Shown here in pieces: positions 49,093 through 61,938 of a stretch of DNA of 64,000 nucleotides. Position 1 is the first letter of the stretch. Each line of letters begins with the position of its first letter. Origin of the DNA: Leucoraja ocellata (taxonomy: Eukaryota); assembly GCA_036785375.1 (NCBI GenBank), contig JAWMAR010000051.1, positions 1,426,001 through 1,490,000 on the forward strand, written 5' to 3'. A model generated the notes under the pieces. That model was not told where the DNA came from and made no database searches. It worked only from the letters and a program-made list of their open reading frames with translations. A program made the position numbers and the translations under genes.

Positions 49093-52000
49093 TAACTCTT
49101 CCTGTTATAATATCTGCTGCCTGACATTTTTAACTACCCAACTTCCAGCAGATCCCTTCTTTCGCATCTATTTACAGAATATTCGACTTTCTGCCCTTAG
49201 CTGTAAAAATGCACAACCTTTATGGTGGTAATTTAGATCTTACATACACTAATTAAAATGAAAACAAAAAAAATCTCTAGGATAGCACACTTTGCATATT
49301 GTTCCCCAATGTGACTGACTTTCATTTGACTAGATTTGGGCTTTTAATCCGTACCAGTAGAAATCTCTGCTTTACTTATGAAATGCTATTGTTGCACTGA
49401 AAAGAAGCATTCCCTCCTCACTACAATGCCTTAATGCAATGATGATATGTTTGCTCCGGCAGCTGACAAGCTATTGTATCATTTAGATTCCATAATGACA
49501 CCTTGTCACACTGAAATAGTCATGTTTTCCAAATCATACATTACAGCGTTGACTCCCAACATACTGAACAATCTCGATGTGATTTTTTTTTTTACCCCGC
49601 TTCCACAATGTATACATTTTGTTTCCACTTTTCCTATTTTGGCACCTTGTGTGGTGAGCACAATTAGTTCAGGTAGAAAGTGAATTACAGCTTGTTCTCC
49701 AAAGGAGAAGAGTTAACAACATAACTGGATTCATTCACTGAAGCACAAAATAATTACAGTGGTACTTTCTAAACCGCTAATCTAAAATTCAGAGGAGCCT
49801 GCTTCTTTGGTTTGGACAACTTATTCAAAGCAAGAGGGAAATATGAGAATGAAAAGAAAATTGATTCATAAGGATGGCTTAAAATAATATTCTGTTCCGA
49901 TAAAATAACTTTACTGTCAGCTGCCACAAGTTCAAGATTCAATTCAATATTTTTCAAAACCTAATGTATGTATCAATAACTTGAATATAGTATTTGCAAA
50001 AATGAGTAGCTAAGGATTTTTTTTAATGGCTGATATTCTGTTGAATTTAATTACTAACCTATATCCAGGACAGACCAGTTAATAAATTACTTGACACTTA
50101 AAAAAAAGGCACAATGTTATCCTGAGCTTGTGATTTACAAGCAAGAAATACAGGCATGCTGAATCTTGCCTGAATGTGGAAGGATCGGAAATTGATGCAG
50201 CTATTATCATTTCCACAATAGCAATTACATTGAATGGTTTGTAAATAGAGTTAAATACATAACTGCAGCAGTAATAGTTAGGCACTGTTTTGGACAAAGG
50301 AATTACTGTTATGTAAGGTTGGCAATATTCAAATAATTTTAACAAAATTCAACAGAATTGTTGTTGAAATTAATGGTCCATCTGGTCTAACAAATGTGGT
50401 GCCATATTTTGGGGCCTGTATATTCCTTTGATATGAAGATGGAAGGGGGAACTTTTATGTTTTTCTCATAATGGATGGCTTGCTGCCTTACAAGGTGTCA
50501 TAGCCGGCAATGTAGGGTGCTGTGTTAGCTTTGGAAATCACTGGAGTGCAATGAGCTGAGTGATGTCATTTTCTCCTCTTCAAAGCCCAACAAAGAAGTG
50601 ACAAAACTCACTTAGCCGAGGCAGGAGAATTCAAGTCCAACTACTGACCATCTCTTCGTTTGGCAATCTGCAGGTCAAAGGCCAGATGCTGTGACGCCTC
50701 GGCTTGCAGTGTCCTCTGAAAAATATGACCGTAATACTCTTAGATATCTGTTCATAATACTCCAGAATAGATAAGGATCACAGAATGCTGCCGAGGCCAT
50801 CGAAGGGTCCATTCCAAATGTCTTATCAAGCCTGCACTGCAGTAAATATGTTCACAGAATTTTCTGAATGGACAGATATCTTACTGACAAACCCAGATAT
50901 TCTCTGGAGGTAGTGGAAATAACGCACAGATTGCCGTATCTTGCCAATGCATCAATTGACTAAAACCAACAAGGGATTTTTAACTTTTGTTTTGCCTCAT
51001 CCCTGTTGCTTTCTTTCACTACATTGTTTTCAAATACCTGGAGATTTATTTAACTCTGTTGGCAGCATAAGTATATGTCAGCTACCTGACATAAGCATGC
51101 TGGAGACTCCCAGCAATTGATGGAAATAAGTGGTAAAATTAATACTTGTACCTTGCTATTAGCTAAATGAATTCAGTGAACTAATTAGTATAAATAAGGA
51201 AACAAACTAATCCTTTTTGACTGTTAAGTTTCCCGCTTTATACTTTATAGTTGCTTAATTGCATTTGGTCAATCATTCAACTGCAGCTTTTGAAAAAAAA
51301 TGTCTTCAACGGCTTATCGGTTGTCTTGTACTATCTAGCAATGCACTACACATTTCTCTTTGTTATTATAGAAAGGGGTTAAAGTGTCGAGCAGGTAAAT
51401 GCTCTTTCTGTCCAGCTCAGTATGGTTTCAGAGAGACATTCTTTTACCAGACTCTATGAGTCAAGGACCCTGCCTGCAACAATTTTTCCTTGCAGCCAGT
51501 GCTGTTAATGAGAGCAGTAATTAATTGATATCTCTCCCATCCCTTGACTACCACTCGGGGCAAAGAGTGGGGATTAAATTTTTCCCAAGTCAACATTAGA
51601 GTGAGCAGAATGTGCATTGACTTACAACAGCTCTGTGAATTCATCTAATTTAGAGTACTTACTCTTCCACTTATTACATTGTAATTACTGCTCTCCAATA
51701 CATTATGTTCACAGGCTTCAGTTGGAAATTATTAGTGCACTCTTCCTCTCTCCCCTTGAAATTCCATGGCACTATTAACGTGGAACTGGAACATCCACAA
51801 CTATCTATAAATTCAGTTGTCAGGTGTTAGTTTTTATTCTGATCTGCAGTTGAATTTAAAATTAGAGGCACTAAAATTCACATTAGCCACTCGAGCAATG
51901 GAATTCTAAAAACTATATTTAACAAAGAAAACCTTTTCTGTCAGAAAAAAAGCTATTTGGGAGGTTATGATCTTATCCTTTTGTGGGTGAAGAATTGACT

Positions 52001-52640
52001 TATTTCCATTTTGTGCTGTCAATGCAAAATTTGATATCACTCTGCACTGAAGCCAAAGATTTGGTTGTGTTTTTCAAATGGGGGTTAATTTGTGTCAATT
52101 GAAAAATTATTAAATCAATCTTTGGGGAATTTTGCCTTTGTACTTTTTTTGTTACAACTTTTCTATTAGCATTTTGAGACAACCCACATTTAAATCTCAA
52201 CGTGTTAACTGCAGTCATTGCTTTTAAATCTTTCCGTGCTGGTTTTGTCCAGCGTATGAGTATTTAAAAAACCTTGTAAGTCTTTCTGCCATAATCCAGG
52301 GCCGATTATACACAGATAGCCTATCTTTCTTTGAACTGTTCTCGCAGCGAATGTGAGAAGTCATTGCTCGGGTAGAATTTAAGTGGAAGAACTGATCTTG
52401 GGAGGGAATAGTTTGTGTGGATTGTTTCTATTCTTTCTGCTCCTCCTCCACCCGACCCCCTCCCCTGCTTTATGTTTTGTTTACCACCTGTCTCCAGTTT
52501 TGATAAACCTCTGTCGTGCCCTTATGCTGATTATGTTCGTGTAGAACAACTTGTATTGACTAACGAATGAATGATGCCTGGTCCCTTACCTCTCAGGAAG
52601 GCCCTAAAGAATGTTGTTTTTAATTCAATGCTTTCCACAG

Positions 52641-53053
52641 GCTTCTCTGCAGAATGTCAGCAAAGGATCGACACATTGATTCGAGCTGCTCATCATACAT
52701 TAAGACAGAGCCGTCCAGCCCTGCCTCACTGACAGACAGTATCAATCACCACAGTCCAGGTGGCTCGTCGGACGCCAGTGGGAGCTACAGCTCCACTATG
52801 AATGGACATCAGAATGGCCTGGACTCACCCCCGCTCTACACCACCACCACCCTGGGTACCAACGGCAGCTCCCGTAAACGATACGACGACTGTTCAAGCA
52901 CTATAGCCGAAGACTCGCAGACCAAGTGCGAGTACATGTTGAACTCCATGCCTAAAAGATTATGTTTGGTCTGTGGCGACATAGCATCAGGATATCACTA
53001 TGGTGTGGCTTCATGCGAGGCATGCAAAGCCTTCTTCAAGCGCACTATACAAG
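52641..53053 (+). CDS. ESRRG: ESRRG exon: A/B domain and first zinc finger (413 nt)
   Basis: Acceptor TTTCCACAG ends at 52640 and donor AAG|GTAATG starts at 53054. Encodes [29 protein letters not shown]...[35 protein letters not shown], with the ERR P-box CEACKA and the IKTEPSSP phospho-SUMO motif. The short-isoform ATG is at 52654. Confidence 0.98.
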
Positions 53054-53176
53054 GTAATGCCCCCTTCATATTCTATCACGTATCCTTGCAATATTTGTAA
53101 TAAAGGCAAAACAGAAAGCCACGTAAAACATAAAACCAAGAGAGTTTTAGCACAACTTTGCTTCAGTCAGCTTCTG

Positions 53177-53367
53177 TTAGTTTAGTTTAGAGATACAAGT
53201 GTGGAAACAGGCCCTTTGGCCCACCAAGTCCATGTGGACCATCACACACTAGTTCATGTTATCCCACTTTTGCATCTTACACACTAGGGGAAATTTTCAG
53301 AGGTCAATTAATGTACAACCCGCATGTCTCTGTCGCTTTGAAGCAGCAGCTGTACCGCCATGCCACT
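53177..53367 (-). mobile_element. Internally deleted V-SINE
   Basis: (TTTAG)n GAGATACAAGTGTGGAAACAGGCCC tail and a head remnant GCAGCAGCTGTACCGCCATGCCAC. Confidence 0.75.
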
Positions 53368-53560
53368 CTTCCCGCTATCTCTCGAATTTGATTAATTGAT
53401 CAAGCTAAATTTGTGGTTGTGGTTATCAGCTGACAAAATAAAATTTGAGCTACTAGGTTATACTGAGGATAAAGCACTTTTGTACAGATCAAACTTGGTT
53501 TTACAAACTTTCCTCAGATGAGGCAAAGCGGTCAGCAGTTGTCTTTGTCAGGTAATTTCA

Positions 53561-53885
53561 AACATAGGAGATGCGGCCCATTGAGTCAGTACCAACTCTC
53601 AGACACATCCCATTTCCCCACCTCCTCTACCTATTCTTTCACGCAACCCATAACAATGCCCTGGCTTTACCTACCTTCAGTCCACACTTTTGGAAATTTA
53701 TAGATAACAATCAATCTAATGACCTGCATATCTTTGGGAGGTGGGAGGAAACCTGAACAACGAGAGAAAACCCACACAGGCCTGGAGAAGAAGATACAAA
53801 CTCCATGCACACATCACCCAAGGTCAGGTTCACACCCAGGCCACTGAAATTACAACACATCAGTGCAACCCACTGCACACTGTGT
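53561..53885 (-). mobile_element. V-SINE (old)
   Basis: TCTTTGGGAGGTGGGAGGAAACC, CAAACTCCATGCAC, AAGGTCAGGTTCACACCCAGG. Confidence 0.72.
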
Positions 53886-55905
53886 AGCCCTCCTGTTCTG
53901 TTAACTCTTTTAGTCTATTCCACAGTCCTTAACAGGGATGGTCTGATTGTTCACAATTTTTTTCATTTAGAATGACAAATTAATAGAATGTGTAATTCTG
54001 AAAAAATGGGATTATTTCAGATAAAATGTTGATTGGTAATTTTTCTTTACTATGTCTTGCTCTTAAAATACTGGATATAATTAAACTTTGGCTACGTGTC
54101 TGTTGCTCTAAAAACAATCATTGTTCTTTTTTACTTAAATGCTCAGGTTTTCATTAATTCAAATATATTATGAAGGTATTTAGTTTCAATTTAGAAGATA
54201 ATTCACCTTAAATTAGTGAATAATGTTCTAAATTAAAACTAAATACCTTCATTTTGTCATTGAACTTAGAGATTTTCATAATATTTAAAATGAAATGAAT
54301 AGTTTATGTGAATGGCATTGATGATTGATTAATGGTGCATATAGTAATTCATTAATGTGAAGGGAGATTAAAAACTTGAAAATAACTTTTGACAACATTT
54401 TTCTCAAGCATCTTTCCCAGAAGTAAATGTCTCTATTAACCACAATGACCCATTTAATTTATATCTGTGTGTGTAACATCTGTACAAAGCATTGATATAA
54501 ATTAAGATACAGTGAGAAGATTGATAGATGTTAGATCCAACAGAGAGCTGGCTTTCAATGGCTTATGTTCAGCTTGCATCCTCTATAAAGTGTCAATTCA
54601 TTCGGAGTCAGATCACAATTATTGTTAAGATTAAGGTACGATTTTGTATCTGATATCATGAGGTACATCTGAGAAAATGGGAGTGTTTATTCTTTTGCAA
54701 CTTTGAAATCTTGGAGTTTATGTGGTGATATAACACACAATATAGTCATTGCATCAAAGCTCCTCTCTCCTGTCCTACCTGAACCTATTACATTACAGCA
54801 ACCATTTAATTTCCAAGAGCTTCAAGAGGTAATTAGGTTATAATGGATTCAGTATTTGGTCACTGACTCTGTTTGTTGCCCAGCAGTTTGTGACATTCAG
54901 CATCAAAGGCTGCTGTACCGAATGGTACTGGCCTGATGCATGCACCATCATCGTCCCATATGCTACATTATGTCAATCAATCCCTGTTTTAATTTACGTG
55001 GCTGTGAAGACACTTTTACAGCAAGCTACAGATTGCACATAGCAATAAATGTTTCCATAAATGGACCCCAGCAGGTTTTATTTTTCATTTTGAATATCTT
55101 TTCTTAAGCAAACATAGACAAGACCAAGAGAGAATTTAATTCAAAAAGAAAACTTCAGGTCCATATGTTCAAGTTATATGCTACCAAATTTACCAGTCTC
55201 TGTTCTAATAAATATAAATGCATGGTTAGAAATGTATGCTTTTTTTGGTATATGTAAACGGAATTAGGAATTTCAACAATCAATTTTTCTTTCCGAAAGC
55301 AGAGATTGTATAATGTATGCCGTCTTGAATACAAGGTAAATTATAATCTCCTTTAAGCAATTGCCCGAAAGGATGTATATGTGCGAATAGATTTCTTTCC
55401 CAGACCAGTTGTTTTGCACAAGGTTTTGCATTGAGTGAGGAGTTTTTAGTATTTAGTCTCTTAGTGTTCCACTAATCTGTTATTTAATGAGGAAGCGTCG
55501 GCTCAGAGAAGGGTAGTCAATATAAATCAGTGTTTACAAAGTGTGATTAACTCTGAAATATTTCATCAGAGCTGCTGTCCCAGGTGGATGCGGTGCTAAT
55601 TACAGGGAGTTGCATATGTTTCTAGGGGAATGTGATGGACCCTGAGTGCTGCTAACATGAAGTATCAAGGTTACAATTACACTCACTGCCAACCTGCCTT
55701 GTCTGCACTGGCAATTTATGCACTCTGTGCGATGACCCTCCTCTCCAGAGGACAATAAACAAAATGCATTTTCATTAAGACACTAATGTATTTAACCACA
55801 GAGGACCATGGAAGGTTGGGGAGGAGGGTAGGGAAGACAGCACAGAGGGAGAAAGAGGTGGAACATTTAAGAAATCAGATATCCAGCTATATCTCCTTTA
55901 AATGA

Positions 55906-56163
<258 letters not shown>

Positions 56164-58469
56164 TAAAGGTAAGGAAAAGCCTTAATAGATTTACCTTTGA
56201 AATGCAATGCAAAATATGGTGTAAATGAATGCACTTACATTTCATTGTGATCCCTGCAATCATTTTAATGTGACTGAAATAACATAAGCACACATAATAT
56301 TAATGTCAATATTATATGTTTCATTGATAAATCTGCAGAGGTAGGTTAAATAAATACACATCTGTTTTATATTTATTACACTCTGGTAGCTAATTTTGTA
56401 AGTTTTAACAAGCTCATTTCATGACTTTCATTGTTTTCAATTATTTTTGAGAGGTGTTATCCGACTTCATAATGTGATGTGCATAAAAGTTAGGAGGTAT
56501 AACTAATTATGATTGTTGTCCACAGTGGCCAGCAATTTCACCAAACTTTTTCAATTATCTCAACAATAGGATTTATGAAAGCCAATTATTTGAGTTTTAC
56601 CCCACATTCATATTCAAGTACTGAAACTAATTCAATAAAGAAGCTTCATGTAAATAATTTCTTCTTCTGATTACAAGAGTTCAATTCTAAAGTTCTATTT
56701 CAACAAGCATTTCATTTCATCACACAGTCACCAAGTAGAAGATTACATGAAATTGGAGATTCAATCTTGAGCTCGTGGGGGTGCAAAGGTGTTGTGGAGG
56801 TTAGGAAGGGAACTGAGTCTGTGTGGATTCTCCTAACTTAATCACACTTTTGCCTTACCTGTTCTTAAAACTGTGTTTGTCACAACCATTGACTAGCCCA
56901 GCTTGCAAGCTATCACAGAACACATGATCCTGTATCTTCAAAAAGCAAGCAAGATATAGAACGAAAGTACACAGGGAGACAGTTTCAATTTTAAAAACAG
57001 ACCATCGAATTAAATAGTGAAAGAATACGTTGGAAGGATTTCTGCGCGTTTTGCAGGAGTCGGAAGCCTGACCTCTGCAAGAGGAGCACTCATGGTACTT
57101 TGTAATTAAATGTTAATAGTAATGGCTCTTGAAAGAGAGAGAATCCCCTTTATCACCTTCTACTAGACTGCATTTTAAAACCACCACAAATCAAATGCAC
57201 ATGACCTACCTTTAGAAATGTGGCCATCTTTCACGGAATAAATAAATATGAAATTGAGCTAATCCACTTCAGATACCACATTGGACTGAGAAGATGGATC
57301 ATTTTACAACATAATTCAATTTATTAATGTATCTTGAAATGTTTAATGTCAGGAATTTGCAAAACAAAATTGTTGTGAAATGCTGACACAGCTAAAAGGA
57401 CACTGTCATTGTAATGTCATTGTTACACTGATCTCCGCATCAAGGCTCACTCTGCATTGCTACCTAAAATACAGATGATGTTACTTCAATCTCAAAGTTA
57501 TTGCCGTGCATGAAGCTTACTCCAAAACTAGGTTCTGAGAATTTTACCTTCAAACAAACGCAGCTTATGGCAAATTAAGAGCCCATTTTACATTACAATT
57601 TAAAACAATTTTTTGAGTCACATTGGTTTATTTCTAAGTAATAGAAACTAATGATAAAAGCAGCATTGGTGTGCATAGAAGTTTGCAATGCTGCCCTAGC
57701 CCTTTCCATCTCTCATTCCATCCACAAATTACAAAAAAGGTTAATCAAGCTTTATAACTGGGTGCCTTTACATGTACACCAAACACATATGTTGCCAGCA
57801 TTGCATCAGCAAGTGTAGAATATAACCTTGGGAGTATTCTTTTCTGAAAACCTAACATTTCTGATGCGGTGTGTTTAATAAACAATGTTTCATATCCCTT
57901 TCCTTTTGCAAAAATAAAACCCAGTAATGGAATTGTTTGCTTCATTCTTGCTGCGTTGCCGGATTGAGCACCTTTGGTAGCTACTGTTTCTTCACATCTG
58001 CCAAGATAGATCTCTGTGTTACACGGCAGAAACGCATTATGCAGGCTTGTTTTAAATGTTTTAACATTTGCTTATGTGCAAGAGTTTAGATGACAGCTCA
58101 GTAATTGATAAGGGAAGTTGGAGACAGGCCTGATGGATGTTATGCTAGTTTTGATATGGCATCTTTCCCCAGGAGCCTTCAGACAAATAGCAGCCTTTTG
58201 TTCTACTCCCAGCCACCCATATACACATATATCAACATGGCACTCCCATTTGTTGTGATGTGGCTCAGTTTGATACTGGGGTCCTTCCCCGCGCTGGAAT
58301 TACTGCTTCAAATAGGCAATTAGGGTGTCCACAATGGAAACCTTGAACACTCTGTGGCCTAATGAAGCACAAATTTGGATGTAGAACATGAAGGCATTCG
58401 AAGTTTGGATTGCCCTCTGGGAAGAAGATTGCCGTTGGGAGCAATCATACTGCACGGATACTCCTCCTT

Positions 58470-58490
58470 TATATATATATATATATATAT
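58470..58490. repeat. (TA)n microsatellite
   Basis: Directly visible. Confidence 0.9.
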
Positions 58491-59343
58491 TTTCATGAAC
58501 TGCTCTCAGATCTCAGTTTTGCTTCACGGTGACAAGGAAGAAAATCTGCCATATCTTGTTAAGTTGTCATGTGTTTCTGCAGTGGCTGTTAGTTCATTTG
58601 CCCGTGCTCAAATCTGTTGCTTGATAGAAGAACTGTTGTGTTGCTTTAATATTCATCTTCTTCTTCTTCCTTGCCAATCTGCTAGTGGAGAGTGGTTGTG
58701 GATCAGCTCGTCCGCAGGTACAGGTTTCACAAGAGGTAACTACAGCCTGGCTGCCAAAGCAAGCCTACTGAGAGCAGCTGTCTAGCCTCCCCCTATTGCA
58801 CTTTACCCTCTGCAGACCCTCCAAATCTTCCTGGCTCAAGACATAAATCATCATCCTGTCGCTAGTTCTTGGTTTTCGTATTATGCAATTTCTAAATTCA
58901 TGCAAAACTCTAGAACATGAAGATAAATAATGACCAACATAAAAAGATTTATTTTCTCCACATTTTAACATATAATTTTAACATTTCATCACTGCGGTAA
59001 TAGCTTCAGTTAGGGACAGTATTATGATTACTGAAACTATATATATACTGTAAATATGCAAATTAATAATTGCCTTTAAATGCACTTGTAATTCCTGACC
59101 ATGTTAATCAGTGGACGTTAATATTATTATCTACCCATATAGTTATTTGGTACCTTATATTTTAAGATAATTCAAACATTTGTGTGGTAATTTTCATTCT
59201 GTTTATTCAATGGACGTTGAGGAAGTGGCTAGTTAAAATTGGCCTAGTGATTTAGTTTCTTCCTTAGACCTGCTCACCATTTTCAACCTGCACTGCTTAT
59301 CCGACAGCAAAGACTGGAGGCGTTCCACACCAGGACATCTGAA

Positions 59344-60084
59344 ATGTCCTCACTATTCAGGGAACGGGGGTTCCCCTCCTCCACCATAAATGAGGCTCGC
59401 ACCAGGGTCTCTTCCATACCCCGCAACACTGCTCTCTCTCCCCATCCCCGCACTCGCAACAAGGGCCGAGTCCCCCTAGTCCTCACCTTTCACCCCACCA
59501 GCCATCACATACAAAAAATAATCCTCCGTCAGTTTCGCCACCTCCAACGTGACCCCACTACTAGCCACATCTTCCCATCTCCCCCAATATCTGCCTTCCG
59601 CAAAGACCGCTCCCTCCATAACTCCCTTGTCAATTCTTCCCTTCCCTCTCGGTCCACCCCCTCCCCGGGCACTTTCCCTTGCGGCCGCAGCAGATGCAAC
59701 ACTTGTCCCTTTACCTCCCCCCTCAACTCCTTTCAGGGACCCAAGCAATCGTTCCAGGTGCGACAGAGGTTTACCTGCATCTCTTCCAACCTCATCTATT
59801 GCGTCCGCTGCTCTAGATGTCAGCAGATCTATATCGGTGAGACCAAGCGGAGGTTGGGCGATCGTTTCGCCGAACACCTCCGCTCGGTCCGCAATAACCT
59901 AGCTGACCTCCCGGTGGCTCAGCACTTCAACTCCCCCTCCCACTCCGCCTCTGACCTCTCTGTCCTGGGTCTCCTCCATGGCCACAGCGAGCAGCACCGG
60001 AAATTGGAGGAACAGCACCTCATATTCCGTTTGGGGAGTCTGCACCCCGGGGGCATGAACATCGACTTCTCCCAATTCTGTTAG
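59344..60084 (+). pseudogene. PLE ORF remnant: RT thumb/linker, Cys-rich motif, GIY-YIG endonuclease
   Basis: CGRSRCNTC linker, NLIYCVRCSRCQQIYIGETKRRLGDRFAEH, VAQHFN, RKLEEQHLIFRLGSLHPGGMN. The RT core was lost by 5' truncation. Confidence 0.92.
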
Positions 60085-60197
60085 TCCTTGCTGTCTCCTC
60101 CCCTTCCTCAGCTCCCCTGCTGTCTCCTCCCACCCTCCAGCCTTCTGGCTACTCCTCCTTTTCCCTTTCTTGTCCCCACCCACCCCCACCCCTGATC

Positions 60198-60231
60198 AGT
60201 CTGAAGAAGGGTTTCGGCCCGAAACGTTGCC
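60198..60231 (+). ncRNA. Minimal type I hammerhead ribozyme motif in the PLE terminal repeat
   Basis: CTGAAGA (60201-07), extra A, stem II GGGT-TTCG-GCCC, GAAA, then C-G-TT (loopless helix III, NUH = GUU). Helix I is very short. Minimal hammerheads are a known feature of PLE pLTRs. Confidence 0.7.
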
Positions 60232-60384
60232 TATTTCCTTCGCTCCATAGATGCTGCTGCACCCGCTGAGTTTCTCCAGCTTTTCTGTGTAACCTACGAT
60301 TCTCCAGCATCTGCAGTTCCCTCTTTAACAGCAAAGACTGGAGTCTGTTCATCTGGTGGGACCTTCAATTAAAGAGCAAATCAA

Positions 60385-60512
60385 TCTTTAAATGGCTCGA
60401 TTGTAATCGTGTTTTGTCTTTCTGCTGACTGATCAGTACGCAACAACAGTTTTTCCCCGTACCTCGGTACACTTGACAATAAATAAACTAACTAACTAAA
60501 CTAAACTAAACT
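60385..60512 (+). mobile_element. Non-LTR retrotransposon 3' end with (CTAAA)n tail
   Basis: CGATTGTAATC...GTACCTCGGTACACTTGACAATAAATAAACTAACTAACTAAACTAAAC shows reverse-complement similarity to 3203-3300. Confidence 0.6.
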
Positions 60513-61460
60513 TTGATTATGCTATCCTGGACTAAAATGTTAACTCTGGTCCGATTGGGGGAACTGCTGTGCTTTTTGCTGTCAAGGCAATGGGGAGATG
60601 ATCCATAGTGCAAATAAATATATTTTCTTCACACTTTCTCTGTTGATCAGACTTCTCCCCAGACAGGACCTGTGCAAACCCTTCTTTTCATTGTTTTTAG
60701 ATGTAGATGGTATTTTGGAAATAAAGTCACGTAGAATAAGCTGCTGAGATCAGTAGTAGTGCTCACCTTACATTCCATCCATCCTGGTTAAAATCGGGAC
60801 TGTTGTGGCCAGTTTGGGTGCTGGATCTTTTTTATGGCCCTGTCACATGCATCGCTGCAAGTGGCGAGCTTTATTTGAAAATGCAGCTGGTGTCATTCCG
60901 ATAGCATACTTTAAAGAATGAATACAAATTCTGATTCAACTTAGTGTAAGTTAAACCTCTATATTTGATTACATTTTTCATTTAGACTGTATTACCAAAC
61001 ATGCACAAATTCTATTTCACTAAAAAGGCATTTCAATCGATACTTTAGTGATTCCCATGAATCACAACCTCCAAAATCTTACTACAATTTGATAAAAACA
61101 TCAGCCATGAATAGATTCTAATTGGAACAATCTGCTGTCAGATTTGCAAATCAAGGTATGGGAATTATATCGTGAGTGAGAAGTATCAGTTCAATATTTT
61201 TGGTCAACTTTACTTTATCGTTTATAATTATTTTTTCCCCCCATAAAGTTTTATGATGCCATTCACTCACACATCATGCGGCTGAATTCCCCAAAATGGC
61301 TGAGCTGTAACTCATCAGCACTGAAAATCTGTTCGTTGAAAATGGGTGTTGGTCACTTAATCGTGAAGGAAGTAATTTTACAGCCACCTTTGTTGACTGG
61401 AAGGAGCAGGAACGTTTCTAACGTGCATCCTTCCTCCAAACACTGCCCGGTGCACACACA

Positions 61461-61938
61461 GATCCGAAACGTCACACATCCATTCTCTCCAGAGATGGTA
61501 CCTGTCCCGCTGAGTTACTCCAGCATTATGTGTCTATCTCCCACCCTCCCAGTCATCCTGCTCCTTTCCCCTCCTTCCTACCTACTTTTCCATCCCCGAA
61601 TCACTCATTTTCCTCTTCCCTCCCCTCCCAGTTCATTTCCACCCCTTTGGTTCTACATTTTCTTTCCTTTGACTATACATTTCACTCTTCTTATCTGAAA
61701 CCCATTGTCTCCTTTTCACCTCCAGTTCCTATCACTTACTCCAACCATGTGCCAAACGAAACCCTCTCACCTGTATCCTCTATCACCTGCCAGGCATTGT
61801 CTCGCCTCCACCTCTCTGTTCCAGTTTCTCCCCCCTCTACTACTATCAGTCTAAAGAAAGTTTATGACCAAAAACGTTGCTTGTCCATTCCATCCACAGA
61901 CATTGCCTGACCCGCTGAGTTCCACCAGCATGTTGTGT
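61461..61938 (+). mobile_element. Tandem PLE-derived terminal-repeat fragments
   Basis: GATCCGAAACGTCAC...CCGCTGAGTTACTCCAGCA, a C/T-rich spacer, then ATCAGTCTAAAGAAAG...AAAACGTTGC...CCTGACCCGCTGAGTT. Confidence 0.72.

Larger units (their letters stand above)
59320..60327 (+). mobile_element. 5'-truncated Penelope-like retroelement (probably Neptune clade)
   Basis: Perfect 16-bp TSD ACAGCAAAGACTGGAG (59304-19, 60328-43). Uninterrupted ORF followed by a C/T-rich 3' region and a hammerhead motif. Confidence 0.93.

Noticed and set aside
48389-49095. piggyBac or Kolobok assignment from flanking TTAA
   Set aside because: The ends are symmetric only with a 3-bp TAA TSD, and the sister element at 14477 has TAA without a left TTAA.
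53054-53100. ORF tail [14 protein letters not shown] after RTIQG
   Set aside because: Read-through into the intron past the GT donor at 53054; the true continuation is at 55961.
58375-58785. 136-aa ORF and other 60-140-aa ORFs in the track
   Set aside because: No recognisable domains, non-ATG starts, and they run through microsatellites or TEs; expected by chance.
59344-60084. Domesticated host GIY-YIG nuclease gene
   Set aside because: Bounded by a TSD, 5'-truncated mid-ORF, followed by the pLTR, with no promoter or splice evidence.
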